Assembly: GCF_037042905.1 (NCBI RefSeq)
Contig: NC_087250.1
Span: forward strand, 20,152,001-20,216,000
Length of the DNA: 64,000 nucleotides
Source of the DNA: Lytechinus pictus
Lineage: Eukaryota
Direction: 5' to 3'
The position numbers and the translations under genes were made by a program. Each line of letters begins with the position of its first letter. The stretch's first letter is position 1. Below the pieces are notes generated by a model. That model made no database searches. It worked only from the letters and a program-made list of their open reading frames with translations, and was not told the origin of the DNA. Shown here piece by piece: positions 12,480 through 35,972 of this stretch.

Positions 12480-13525
12480 CAGAGTTGTTTGATTTAAATC
12501 ATGTCGATTTAAATCATGATTAAAATCGCGATTTAAATCACTTGATTTTTTTCAAAAAAATCACTGAATTAAATCAACTTTTATGAAAAAAAATAGTTTT
12601 CTCTATTTTCTCTTCTTAACAGATACTTTCAATGTAATCATTTTCATTTCTGTTCCACATGCTTTAGAGATACTTTAAAAGAATGATGCACCCTCATGGA
12701 GTCTGATTTAACACCACTGTTTTATTTTCAAATTGTAAAACAAGCAAAACTGATGAAAACAACAAGTTTCTAACGAAGTAATGATAAATAACTCTCTGTA
12801 TCTACACCAAACTGTTAAATCTTCAATAAAATAATATATAAAATCTACAAAGGTGCTCAAAGTCCACAACTTGGATACTTTTACAAAACAGCTGAACTAC
12901 TTGTATGTACCTCCTTCTTGTTACTATTAATACCCATTCTTTCAATTACTTAAGTTGCAAAACCCTTTGTTTATTAGCTATTACCAGCTGTTAGTTGGGA
13001 AGTCCCCCATGTGATAGTTCTAGGAAATATTCCTAGCTAAAATCCCCCATGTGATAATTCTAGGAAATATTCCCAGCTAGAATTCCCAAGGGCAGTATGA
13101 GAACCCTAACAGGCCTTTAATAATGTCAATTTTGTTGGAAATTCTCAAGTTCTTTGAGTACTTCATGCATTGGAGTAACACTTCGGATGTTTTGAACTGA
13201 CTGATATAAAAATTTCAAGAGTTTAAATGTATACATAATACATAACATTACTTGGGCTTCCATAAAATGTCCCTCTCTATAATGCAAAAAAAAAAAAAAA
13301 AAAAAAAAAAAAATTACCTGTATATAAGTGGATTATTGTGTCAAATAGTACAATACACAATGTTCAAAAGACTACCGGTACTTGACCACTATTATTGGTG
13401 TAAAACAGTTTAAATATAGTTTAAAACTTGTTAAGTGTGACCATTATTTTTCGTTGGAAAAAAATAAAAAAAATCTGATTTAAATCATAAAAATCCGATT
13501 TAAATAAAAAAAATCAACAACCCTG
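12480..13525. mobile_element. Non-autonomous hAT-like element in the PRDM9 upstream region
   Basis: CAGAGTTGTTTGATTT ... AAATCAACAACCCTG termini, subterminal GATTTAAATC repeats, near-TSD ATATCTGT / A-ATCTGT. Confidence 0.7.
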
Positions 13526-13589
13526 AATCTGTCTATATGTTGCATGTGTAAAGTTTGTGTTAGTTGCATATCTTCTTTTATTTTATTAG

Positions 13590-13677
13590 AATCGCGCAGA
13601 TAGGCGTGTGCGCAGACAAGGGGGACTGCGCAGACTTAGGGGAACTTGCCATATTCATTGTTTTTAGAGCAGCTGAG
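13590..13677 (+). other. PRDM9: Probable non-coding first exon of PRDM9
   Basis: GC-richer patch with GCGCAG repeats ending in a strong donor GAG|GTAAGG, about 510 bp before the KRAB exon acceptor. The 5' end is uncertain. Confidence 0.5.
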
Positions 13678-14202
13678 GTAAGGTATGCATCATCTGGTCG
13701 TTCTTTCTGGGATTGTTGGCTTTCCCTGAACTGCTCGCCAGAAAACACCAATGTTGGCATATAGATTAATAGATTATAATATAGATTATAGTAGGAAAGT
13801 TATTTATGACTTGTGGCTTCGGTTGAACAAGCTGACAGTCTTTGAACCTTTCTAAGATTTTTCTACATTGGAGATACCTGTCTTTTCTTTTCAAAATCTC
13901 ACACAGGGATATTCATGATCTTGCCAGCAACTGATAATTATTCAACTGTACAGGCTATCTTTACAGCCAATAAATGATCTAGTTATAGTTTAATATCCCT
14001 CTTACTAAGATACCTGTCTTTTCTTTTTATAATTTAATCGCACAGAGTTATTCATCTTGCCACTACCACCATTAACCAACTAATGATTGTTCGAGAGCCT
14101 AGGCTTCTCAGCCAATCAATTGGCAGAACCCTGCTGTATAGATATCCCTCTTTGTAAGATTCACATCTTTCCTTTTTACAATCTCCCGTAGAGTTACCAG
14201 CC

Positions 14203-24441
<10,239 letters not shown>

Positions 24442-24688
24442 ATTTTGATTCATGACGATGAACTCTTAAAGTAATGAATTCTCTGAAATAGTCACTAAAT
24501 TTCTGAAATGTATATTGATGTTCATATATATTGTTTTATAGAGTTTTAACTTTATTTGAAGTTTCTAATTTGTATTACATAGATGTATATCTATACTTCT
24601 GAATCATTACTAGTAAGTTACACTATCCACAAGAAATAGTTCCTCTTCTTTCTTGACTATCATAATGCATTTCCATTTTCATGTACTA

Positions 24689-27600
24689 CCCAGGTAACAA
24701 TACAGCGTTGGACCAACGTTGGATCAACGTTGGGAAATTTTTTCCCAACGTTGCCTCAACGTTGGCAGGCCAACGTTGCATCATCGATAGAAGTGCACGC
24801 GCATACATCGTCAGACCAACAACATTTCCAACGTTAGTTCAACGTTGTCCAGCAACAATGTTTCAACGTTGTCTGGCAACGTTGATCCAATGTTGGCTAA
24901 ATAGTCAAATACAACATTGCTACAACGTTGGTAAGCAACGTTGTATCATCGATAGAAGTGCACGTCCATACATCGTCAGACCAACAACATTTCCAACGTC
25001 AGTTCAACGTTGTCCACCATCAATGCTCCAACGTTGGTATAATGTCGGCTGAGTCATCAATAACAGCGTTGCTGCAACGTTGATGGGCAACGTTGAAGCA
25101 GCGATGGACGTGCACTTGCATACATCGTCAGTCCAACTATGTTTACAACGTTGGTTCAACGCTGTCCAGCAACAATGCTCCAACGTTGTCTGGCAACATT
25201 GCTCCAACATTGTTACAACGTTGTCACAACGTTGCTCCAACATTGCTCCAACGTTATTCCAACGTATGGCAGTAATTAACAAAACATTAATTGGTTTCAA
25301 GGTGAAGTCCACCATTACAACTCTACACTCAAATCTTTATCATCATATGTCTTATCCTATCCTAAAATCCTACATCCTAATCCTATATCCTATTCCTATC
25401 ATCCTACACCTATCCACTGTATCCTGTCATTGACTCCTATATATAGAGCAACTTTGCTATACTTGGCAGAATACAGTTAGTATCATTTTCCACACTTAAC
25501 CTTGAATATTTCACTTAGAATAATATGTTTTGATTATATATGATATGGTAATGGAGCCACATACTTTTCTGAAACTTTTCATGGTGGAAATATTGAATAA
25601 ACATAAATACTCTAATTATTATAGCAATATTACCTAAAATTTTGGTCATTTACTGATGTAATGAATATTCATGAGTGCATAATCATTGTCCAGATGAGGC
25701 AGGTATGGCAGCGTTGGTCCAATGTTGGTCCAACGTTGGGTGACGTTGATCCAACGTTGGTATAATGTTGGTCCAATGTTGATGGAAAGTTGATTCAACT
25801 TTAGTCCAATGTTAGTCCAACGTTGGCGTAAACGTTGATTCAATGTTTGTCTAATATCGGTTAAATGTTGTTGTAACGTTGATTCTTTGTTGGTCTAATT
25901 CTAAACAAATCCAACGATGCGCCATCTCCATCAAACAGTTTTCAACACTGTGCCATCATCATCTGTAATCTGTTCATGATTCTATCAAAAAACATTACAA
26001 CTATTATTACAGCTATTCATTTCTTTTCATTCTTTCTGTTACAAGTCTCTTCACATAATTAAGAGAAATCAAGATAATTACGTGTGATATTTATTGAGGC
26101 CTTTGTAGCATTCAAACTTTTTTGACATCCTATTTTTCTCAAACAAGACTAATACCAAAAAAACATATGCATATGTAATAAAAATTAAGATGTATTACAT
26201 TTTCTTGCGAGTTGCAATCTCTGTTTCTGTCTACAATTGTTTAATGACTCGGTATGCAATGCCAATTGCAACGTCAGTAATCATCACAAAAACTCACATG
26301 TGTAATTGCAGTCTCTCAGTATTTACAAAATCAAAAAAGGAGGTCGCGTAACTTGGCCTCACTCAGAGTAACGTAGCTACTGCCTACTGTAACTAAAGAG
26401 TGCCTCTTTTTGATTAAGATAGAAGTCAACTGATATCTCAATATGCATGGCCATGGCCTAGTCTCGCTCGTGCCATAACTATTAAATGATATTTCAGCGT
26501 CAAGTGTAGCATGCCTCACATAGCAACTACAGGTTTGACTGCAGTTGGAAAACACTCGGTCCAGGCTAGGCCAGGCAGGACCGACCAAGTCAATTCAAGG
26601 CAGCGTATAATAAATAAGGCAGGAATGCCAGGTAGCAAGTCATTTGGGTGATTTCAAGTACGGTGTACGGTGTTGAGAGCGTGAAAGGGCTGCTGAACTG
26701 AGCTCCAACACCAAGCGTAATATTATTTTTCATTGAAATGTATTAAAACTCTAATGATTTGCTCTCATCTTAAATGTAAAAGATAATTTTACGGAGATGG
26801 TTCGTCGTGTTCGCCCCCTGTTCGTAATTAAGCTACAGTTCATCAACACCAACACTGAACTTTAAATCACGATTCTCCCAATCCCTGGGGTACGTCGGTG
26901 TTGCTGAATGGGGAAATTGCTTGTAGATCATCAACACCATGCAGCCACAGTGCAGTGTTGGGTTCAGCAGATGACAATCAACACCAGCCTTCAACACAAA
27001 CTGCCGGAAATACACCATATTTTCCGAGGTCAATCTTAACACCAGCCTGATTCAAGTACGGTGTTGTCACAACACCAACACTAACCCAGGGAGCTCCGGC
27101 CCGCTCAGCGGGCCGGAGCCCAGGGGCTTACCGTGTAATTCACCATACCCACGGTAGTAGCGTGAAGTATGGTCTAAATAATTATCCGAATAAATAGTTA
27201 AAACAGAAATTAAGCACTTACCACGATTATATGGATGAAGGTCTAACGATTGGCAGCTTCCTGACATCGAGGCACAGACTGGAACCTCAAAAAACGAAAA
27301 AGTTATGTCGCGGTAGCTCTCCTTCTTTCAGAATTCATAGCAAAATGGCCGTTCGAGACCGGTACCGAGGGTGTAGGGCGCATGCGCGAATTTGACAAAG
27401 TCTATATCATAGAGATGTATACTAATGCACTAGTGCTATTAGTCTCGGTCTCAATCGGCCATTTTGTTTTGAATTCTGAAAGATGAGAGCTACCGCGACA
27501 GAACTTTTCGTTTTTTTAGGTTCCAGTCTGTGCCTCGATGTCAGGAAGCTGCCACTCGTTAGACCTTCATCCATATAATCGTGGTAAGTGCTTAATTTCT

Positions 27601-30330
27601 GTTTTAACTATTTATTCGGATAATTATTTAGACCATACTTCACGCTACTACCGTGGGTATGGTGAATTACACGGTAAGCCCCTGGGCTCCGGCCCGCGCA
27701 GCGGGTCGGAGCTCCCTGGGTTACACTCACACGTATTGCCAGGTTAGTATTAGTATACTAACCTCGCACCACGAACCGCGTTTGGCAGTGGATTTCTTAC
27801 TAGTGGGTCGCACGTGCTGGGATCTCACTTCTTGGGTCCACAACACACGACTTCTATGGCTTGATTTTTCTGTGCGCGGCGGCATGTAATGAACCCTTGG
27901 GTGCCTGGGTTACACCAACACCAGATTTCAACACTGTACTTGAATTTTGAAAATCATCCAATGACTGTTGCCTTGCCATTGGTATCGCATACTCGTTCCC
28001 ACTCACACGTATTGCGAGGTTAGTATTAGTCACTCACACAAGCTAATTACGAGGTTAGTTAGTATGTTATACTGTGCAGTGACTGGTGTTAAGTACTACT
28101 TTACTACTACTTACGGTACACGAATATACTAGCGTCGGACTGTACGCACACAGAAGCTGACTCCGTGATCTTTCGGAGGGGATCAATGGTTGCAGTTACC
28201 GATTATCTGCAAGTGCAAAGAAAATTCAACTGTAGATTGTAGGTCCTAAATATACAGCTTATAAGTACTGTTCCAGATCACTAGATATTCTGGAATTTAC
28301 TTATCTATATCCACTATCCAGTCCAAATTCTGCCAGATTCTTCAAGTTCAAAATTGAAGGAAGCAGACTACACAGACATGACAGAAGGAGTCCGACGTCG
28401 CGACTAATTCTGCGCATCAGAATAGTATGGTATTTTTAAATAGGCACATATTTGATGCTTGTATTTCCTTCTTCAATTTCTTCTAGTTATGTGACGGTAG
28501 GCCTATGACATATCTCGTACTTACTGTGAAAGGCCTTGCCAGCTGCAAAGGATCGACGAGGGCGTTTCTGGAAATTCTGGTCTTGAACTACATTTTTTTT
28601 CTTGTTTTTCTTCTTTATTTTCTATATTAATCGACACATTTGCATCCCCAGGTGCATGCAGCCTCTCTATTCTACCCCATCTTTATTTTTGTTTTCCCCT
28701 TAGACTTAGTTTTAGTTCCTCTTTCCCTTCCCATTATTTTCCTTCTCTCTCGATTTCTTTTCCCCTTATTGCTGGGGAATCCAAGGGTGACATGGATAGA
28801 CAAGCAAACTTACTTGATCGACCCCCCCCCCTTGGCCGCGCCCATTGGAAATTATGCCAGTAGTCTTGTATTGTCTTGGGTTAAGTCGGCATATGCAGAC
28901 TTGCTGTACTCCGCCAACTTTATCAATTATCAATTCTCCAATGAACCAGTTTCTAACGTTCTCAACACTGTGTATATTATGCCGGGATATTATGTTGACT
29001 GTCAAACAAATATCCAACAAACTATAGTTTCCAACATTGTGTCAATGTTAACTGTCCAATAAACTATTCCAATTACGCTGTCCACGTTGTGCCATTGTCC
29101 GTTGTTCAACAACTCTCCATCAAACTAGTTTCCAACTTTGTCAACGTTGTGCCATTGTCGACTGTCCAACAAATCTCCAAGAAAATAGTTTCCAACGTTG
29201 TTCCTTTGTCGGTTGTTCAGCAACTCTCCATCGAACTAGTTTCCGACGTAGTCAACGCTGTTTTGTTGGCTGTTCAACACCTATCCAATCAAACACGCGT
29301 TTCCAACGTTGTGACGTTGTTGGCTGTCCAACAAATCTCCAACACACTAGTTTCCAATGTTGTGCCATTGTCTGTTGTTCAACAACTTTCCAACGTTGCC
29401 AACGTTGTGTCATCGTCGACTATCCTACTGATCTCCAATCTACCAGTTTCCAACGTTGTGCCAGTGTCAGTTGTTCAACAACTTTCCATCTAACTAGTTT
29501 CCAGCTTTATCAACGTTGTGTCATTGTATACTATCTAACTAATCTCCAATCTACCAGTTTCCAACGTTGTGCCATCGTCGACTATCCAACAAATCTCCAT
29601 CGAACTAGTTTCTAGCTTTGACAACGTTGTGCCATAGTTGGTTGTTCAACAACTTTCCATCGAACTAGTTTCCAACGTTGCCAACCTTGTGTCATCGTTG
29701 ACTATCCAACTAATCTCCAACCTACTAATTTCCATCGTTGTGCCATTGTCGACTGTCCAACAACTCTCCAACTAACAAGTTTCCAACGTTGCCAACGTCG
29801 TGTCATTGTTGATTGTTCAACAACTTTCCAGCGAACTAGTTTCCAACGTTGCCAACGTTGTGTCTTTGCTGGCTGTCAACAACTATCCAATCAAACGTGT
29901 CTCCAACGTTGTGACATTGTCGACTGTCCAACAACTCTCCAACTTACTAGTCTCCAACGTTGTGCCATTGTCGACCGTCCAACAAATCTCCAACAAACTA
30001 GTTTCCAACTTTGTCAACGTTGTGCCATTGTCGGTTGTTCAACAAGTTTCCAGCGAACTAGTTTCCAACGTTGCCAACGTTGTGCCTTTGCTGGCTGTTC
30101 AACAACTATCCAATCAAACGTGTTTCCAACGTTGTGACATTGTCGACTGTCCAACAACTCTCCGACTAACAAGTTTCCAACGTTGCCAACGTCGTGTCAT
30201 TGTTGATTGTCCATCATCTTTCCATCAAACTAGTTTCCAACGTCGATTCAACGTTAATCCATCAAGTTTTCCCAACGTCCAACGACTTTCAAGTTTCCAA
30301 CGTGGAGCCAACGTTGGCTTGTTACCTGGG
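24689..30330. mobile_element. Non-autonomous CCCAG-terminal element (EnSpm/CMC-like) with AACGTT subterminal arrays
   Basis: CCCAGGTAACAA ... TTGTTACCTGGG, TA on both flanks. Dense CAACGTTG arrays at 24700..25270, 25700..25890 and 28910..30320. No transposase ORF. Confidence 0.8.
27084..27724. repeat. Internal inverted repeat with arms of about 280 bp
   Basis: 27084..27360 is the near-exact reverse complement of 27445..27724; a diverged third copy lies at 12080..12340. Confidence 0.9.
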
Positions 30331-33300
30331 TAGTAATCTGAATAGGATAAAGAAGTTGCTTCTTGTCTGATCCACACCTGTTTAATCAAGGTGTCTTTTT
30401 ACCTCTATGGATTATTGGACCAATAAAAATAGCACTTGAATACATGTACATGAGTACACTCTTTACCAATTTGTTTTTGTTTTTTGTTTCTTTTTTCTCT
30501 TAAAGATGGAATACCACTTTTACAGATGAAAATTCAAAACATTTGTAAATTTCAGGTACATTTCAGCTGAAATTTACATCCTGTTGTAGTTTACATGATG
30601 TTAGAGGTAAATTTCACTAGAACAATGTCCAACTGATATGCACTGTATCCTTCCTAGGTTACATTGAAAACACTGCATTACTTATTACATTCAATACAGT
30701 GCTTCATTGACGTGTAGTTTAATTGTAATGCAATGTGTGATAGAAAACTAAGAATGTGCTAGCATTGATTGGCCAAAAGAAAACACACAAAATGAGGTAC
30801 ATGTATTCATATTTACAATTTAAAACTGTTATCTTCAATTCGTTTGAAACGATGGAGATCATTCTTTTTTTTTAAAGAAAACATTAATTGATTGATATCA
30901 GATGAGTGTTGCATGTTGATAGAAGTGCTCTAAATTATTGACAAGATTAGGCTTTTGCCAGACATTTGTAAATGTGTTCAAAATCGTGTTGACAGCTTTT
31001 TAAAAAATGTGTGTTATTACGGTAGAATATAATGCATAATCTAATATTTTGAGCTTTCTTAAATGATAAATGTATTTTGTACTTAAGTTGTGTATTATTG
31101 GTACATGTACGCTAGATTTCAATTTGGAAAAAAATTAGGAGCAGTGTAGTACATTTATTTAAATTTGATTTTTAACTCATCAGATAAAGCATGTTTGAAT
31201 ATTTTGTTTAATAGCATTTTTAATGGATCGACTTTTCCTTCAAAATATGTACAGATTTTCACAAGTCAAAAAATTTATCAACCAATTCTATGTTTAAATG
31301 GTGTCTATATTATTGAGTAGAAAATTGAGTGATTGAGCTTTGATGTCTAACATCAATACAGTGTGATTTTTGCTTAAGACATCTTTGACTGCCATCTAGC
31401 AATGCTGTCTGATTTTTTGTGGCCATTCTCTGCAAGCAGTTTGCTTTTTATGGTCCTAGCCATATTTTGTACTAGTTATTGCATAATTATGTATAATTTG
31501 TATACACATATTTTTATGCTTGAATCCTATGGGGCGCCAAGTGTCCGCCAGTGTTTTCCGTCCAAATCACGGCATTCCGTACACAAAATGTGTTTTTATT
31601 CAGACGAAAATCATTTCGTCATGACGCTTTTTTATTTCGTACACAAAATTTATTTTTTGTCACACAAAATCAATTTCGTCTCGACGAAATGCACGAAATC
31701 AATTTCGTCTAGACGAAATGTAATTGCGTCCACAAAGTTTATTTGGCGTGCCATACGAAATGAATTTTTATCAAACGAAATGGCGCACCAAATGTCCGAT
31801 GGTAAATTCCGTCCAATTCACGCCATTCCGTACACAAAATGTGTTTTTGTTCATATAAAAATCATTTCGTCATGACGCAGTTTTATTTCGTATACGAAAT
31901 TATTTTTTGTCACACAAAATCAATTTTCGTCGAGACTAAGTGTAATTGCATCCACAAAATTTATTTCGTTGCGATGCGAAAATCTATTCCGTCGACGAAA
32001 TCATTTTGTGTCAAAACCACAAAAAAATTCCGTCAACGAAATGATTTTGTGTCAAAACACAAAAAAATTTCGTCGACGAAATGATTTTGTGTCATAACAC
32101 AAAAAAATTTCGTCGACGAAATGATTTTGTGTCAAAAGACAAACAAATTTCGTCGACGAAATGATTTTGTGTTTTGAGTCTTTTTGACATAAAATCATTT
32201 CGTCTCCTCTGTCTCGAAGGGGACATAAGAAGGTCGCTGATTGGCTGCACCTTAATATAATTGCTCAAGCTGTTTTCGCTCGTGATCGATCGTCCCATAG
32301 AGATGTATACATCTCTATGGGACGATCACACTTTTTCACAGCTCAGATTGGCATGTTGGTGAACTTATTAGCTTAGATTTCACGTTATTCATGCCTACAT
32401 GAGCTGCATACAACTGCTCTAATCGGTAGGATGTGGACGGACATTGCATTCGTAAGTTCAGCTATGTTTTCGACTTCAAAATTACGTTGAAAAAAAAATG
32501 GGAATTCGTTAGTCGTTACCAAACTTGCAATTGAATTGCATTTGCAAAAAGCTGTGTAACAATACCCGGTACTAACTTTAGTCCCGTGTATTGAAGTTTA
32601 TGTACTGTAGTCAGCAGACCATTGGGGGGGGGGGGGGGGTGGTCTTTTCTGCACACCTAAAAAGTAAAATGGTTATGAATTATACAGATTGAAGATATTT
32701 AGGCCTTGATCTTAATAAATAATGTAAAATTCATTTCGAGCAAAATGCTGAAAATTTCATTGAAATTGGATGACAACAAAAGTTATTGATGCCTGGCCGT
32801 ACATGCCGTATGAAACTCTAACGTTAGGCTACTCCACTCAGTGACTCACGCGTATTGCGAGGTTAGTATTAGTATACTAACCTCGCACCATTAACCACGT
32901 TTGGCAATGGATTTCTAACTAGTGGGTCACGCGTGCTGTGATCCCACTTCTGGTGTCCACAACTCACAACTTCTATTGCTTGATTTTTCTGTGCACGGCG
33001 GCATGTAATGAACCCTTGAGTGACTAGGCCTAAAAAACTCAGGCGATGGTTCGTATAGCCAGCCATTAAACACTCCACTATAGCCTATAGGTGAAGCGGA
33101 GGTTAGCAATGCAGTAGTGAAGTGTAGTGGAGCTTACACGAACCATCGCCTGCTGTACTACTAGTATAGTTGTGGTACTGCCTGGCCCTGGCCCCACTCA
33201 TTACTAGTTCGAGGTTAGTTGCTACATATAGTTGCTACAGTACATGTATAGATTTATAGTACTAACCTCGTACACCGAACTGCATTTGGCCCTGGATTTC

Positions 33301-33576
33301 TGTGAAGTTGGCAAACATCGCTTCATTACAATACAGAATTAATATTTGCCGAAACTCCTCGCTACTCACCGGGGCGCTTTGCGGTGAGTAGCCATAATAC
33401 AAAAAGTCAATAGTATATTTTTAATTAAATCAAAATCATATTTAAAAAAAAGCAAATTTGATTACTTTGGAGTTTGGACTAGAAAGTGACTTCGCGTGTC
33501 TCTTGTTTTTACGCAAATAAAAGGAAGCCAGATGGTGGCGCTAATAAATTTCACAGCCTTGATTCAGACTCGCTTC

Positions 33577-35972
33577 AAATGCAGCTCCTTGGTAATTATG
33601 CCCCCGCAGACAAAGTCCGGAGGGGGCATTAAGCGTTGCCCCTGTCCGTTGATTCGCCCGCCCCCCCCCCCACTTTCCGTGCAATAAATCGAAATATATT
33701 TCGATTTATATATATTGATTAAAATTTTTTTTGGTGTGTAGGTACATGACACCATAGTACAGGCTAACTTTGAATTCGGAGTCTGCAGGTCCAAGGTCAC
33801 AGCTCATGAAATATCCGAGTTGGTTTCCACATGATGACTTATGAAATATTCTACATATTTAAACGAATTTGAGTGTGTAGGTAGATGACACCAAAATACA
33901 GGTTAAGTTCGAATTCGTAGTCGGCAGGTCAAAGGTCACGGCTCATTAAATATGCAATTTAGTTTCCGCATGATTACTTCAAAAAAATATTCTACATATT
34001 TAAACAAATTAGAGTGTGTAGGTAGATGATACCAATACAGGCTAAGTTCGAATTCGGAGTATGCAGGTCAAAGATCACAGCTCCTTAAAGATATCTTATG
34101 AAATATTCAACAGATTTTTTAAAAATGTGGGTGTGTAGGTAGATGATGATGATGATGCACAGCATTTTTACAGCGGCGTAACAGGGTTCAGTGGCCAGGG
34201 GGGGGGGGGGGGGCAAGAGCCAAAAATTTCCCGGTCATATCATGGTATGAATAGGCGTAATGGTGTAATAAGGCGACTATTTTGAGAAATGCAGCTCCTT
34301 GGTAATTATGCCCCCGCAGACAAAGTCCGGAGGGGGCATTAAGCGTTGCCCCTGTCCGTTGATTCGCCCGCCCCCCCCCCCCCACTTGGTTTCCGCGCAA
34401 TAAATCGAAATATATTTCGATTTATATATATTGATTAAAAAAATTGTTGGTGTGTAGGTACATGACACCATATAGTACAGGCTAACTTTGAATTCGGAGT
34501 CTGCAGGTCCAAGGTCACAGCTCATGAAATATCCGAGTTGGTTTCCGCATGATGACTTATGAAATATTCAACAGATTTATAAAAATTATGGTGTGTAGGT
34601 AAATGACACCAAATACAGGCTAAGTTCGGAGTCGGCAGGTCAAAGGTCACGGCTCATTAAATATGCAATTTAGTTTCCGCATGATTACTTATGAAATATT
34701 CTAAATATTTAAACGAATTTGAGTGTGTAGGTAGATGACACCAAAATACAGGTTAAGTTCGAATTCGTAGTCGGCAGGTCAAAGGTCACGGCTCATTAAA
34801 TATGCAATTTAGTTTCCGCATGATTACTTATAAAATATTCTACATATTTAAACAAATTTGAGTGTGTAGGTAGATGATACCAATATTGGCTAAGTTCGAA
34901 TTCGGAGTATGCAGGTCAAAGATCACAGCTCCTTAAAGATATCTTATGAAATATTCAACAGATTTAAAAAAAATTTGGGTGTGTAGGTAGATGATGATGA
35001 TGATGCACAGCATTTTTACAGCGGCGTAACAGGGTTCGGTGGCCAGGGGGGGGGGGGGCAAGAGCCAAAAATTTACCGGTCATATCATGGTATGAATAGG
35101 CGTAATGGTGTAATAAGGCGACTATTTTGAGAAATGCAGCTCCTCGGTAATTATGCCCCCGCAGACAAAGTCCGGAGGGGGCATTAAGCGTTGCCCCTGT
35201 CCGTTGATTCGCCCGCCCCCCCCCCACTTGGTTTCCGCGCAATAAATCGAAATATATTTCGATTTATATATATTGATTAAAATTTTTTTTGGTGTGTAGG
35301 TACATGACACCATAGTACAGGCTAACTTTGAATTCGGAGTCTGCAGGTCCAAGGTCACAGCTCATGAAATATCCGAGTTGGTTTTCGCATGATGACTTAT
35401 GAAATATTCAACAGATTTATAAAAATTATGGTGTGTAGGTAGATGACACCAAATACAGGCTAAGTTCGGAGTCGGCAGGTCAGAGGTCACGGCTCATTAA
35501 ATATGCAATTTAGTTTCCGCATGATTACTTATGAAATATTCTAAATATTTTAACGAATTTGAGTGTGTAGGTAGATGACACCAAAATACAGGTTAAGTTC
35601 GAATTCGTAGTCGGCAGGTCAAAGGTCACGGCTCATTAAATATGCAATTTAGTTTCCGCATGATTACTTATAAAATATTCTACATATTTAAACAACTTTG
35701 AGTGTGTAGGTAGATGATACCAATACAGGCTAAGTTCGAATTCGGAGTATGCAGGTCAAAGATCACAGCTCCTTAAAGATATCTTATGAAATATTCAACA
35801 GATTTTTAAAAAATGTGGGTGTGTAGGTAGATGATGATGATGCACAGCATTTTTACAGCGGCGTAACAGGGTTCGGTGGCCAGGGGGGGGGGGGGCAAGA
35901 GCCAAAAATTTCCCGGTCATATCATGGTATGAATAGGCGTAATGGTGTAGTAAGGCGACTATTTTGAGAAAG
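33577..35972 (+). repeat. Three head-to-tail copies (0.7-0.85 kb) of a truncated HINE/Helentron-like element plus adjacent DNA
   Basis: Units start with AAATGCAGCTCC at about 33577, 34287 and 35132. There is a single inverted counterpart at about 54228..55316. Confidence 0.85.

Noticed and set aside
27067..27747. Twin ORFs MSGSC.SLDLHPYNRGK
   Set aside because: Mirror products of the inverted repeat that run through splice-donor-like sites; no recognisable domain.
24681..30333. ORFs in the AACGTT arrays and a superficial CRISPR-like look
   Set aside because: Degenerate subterminal transposon repeats; no constant repeat with unique spacers, no cas genes, eukaryotic context.
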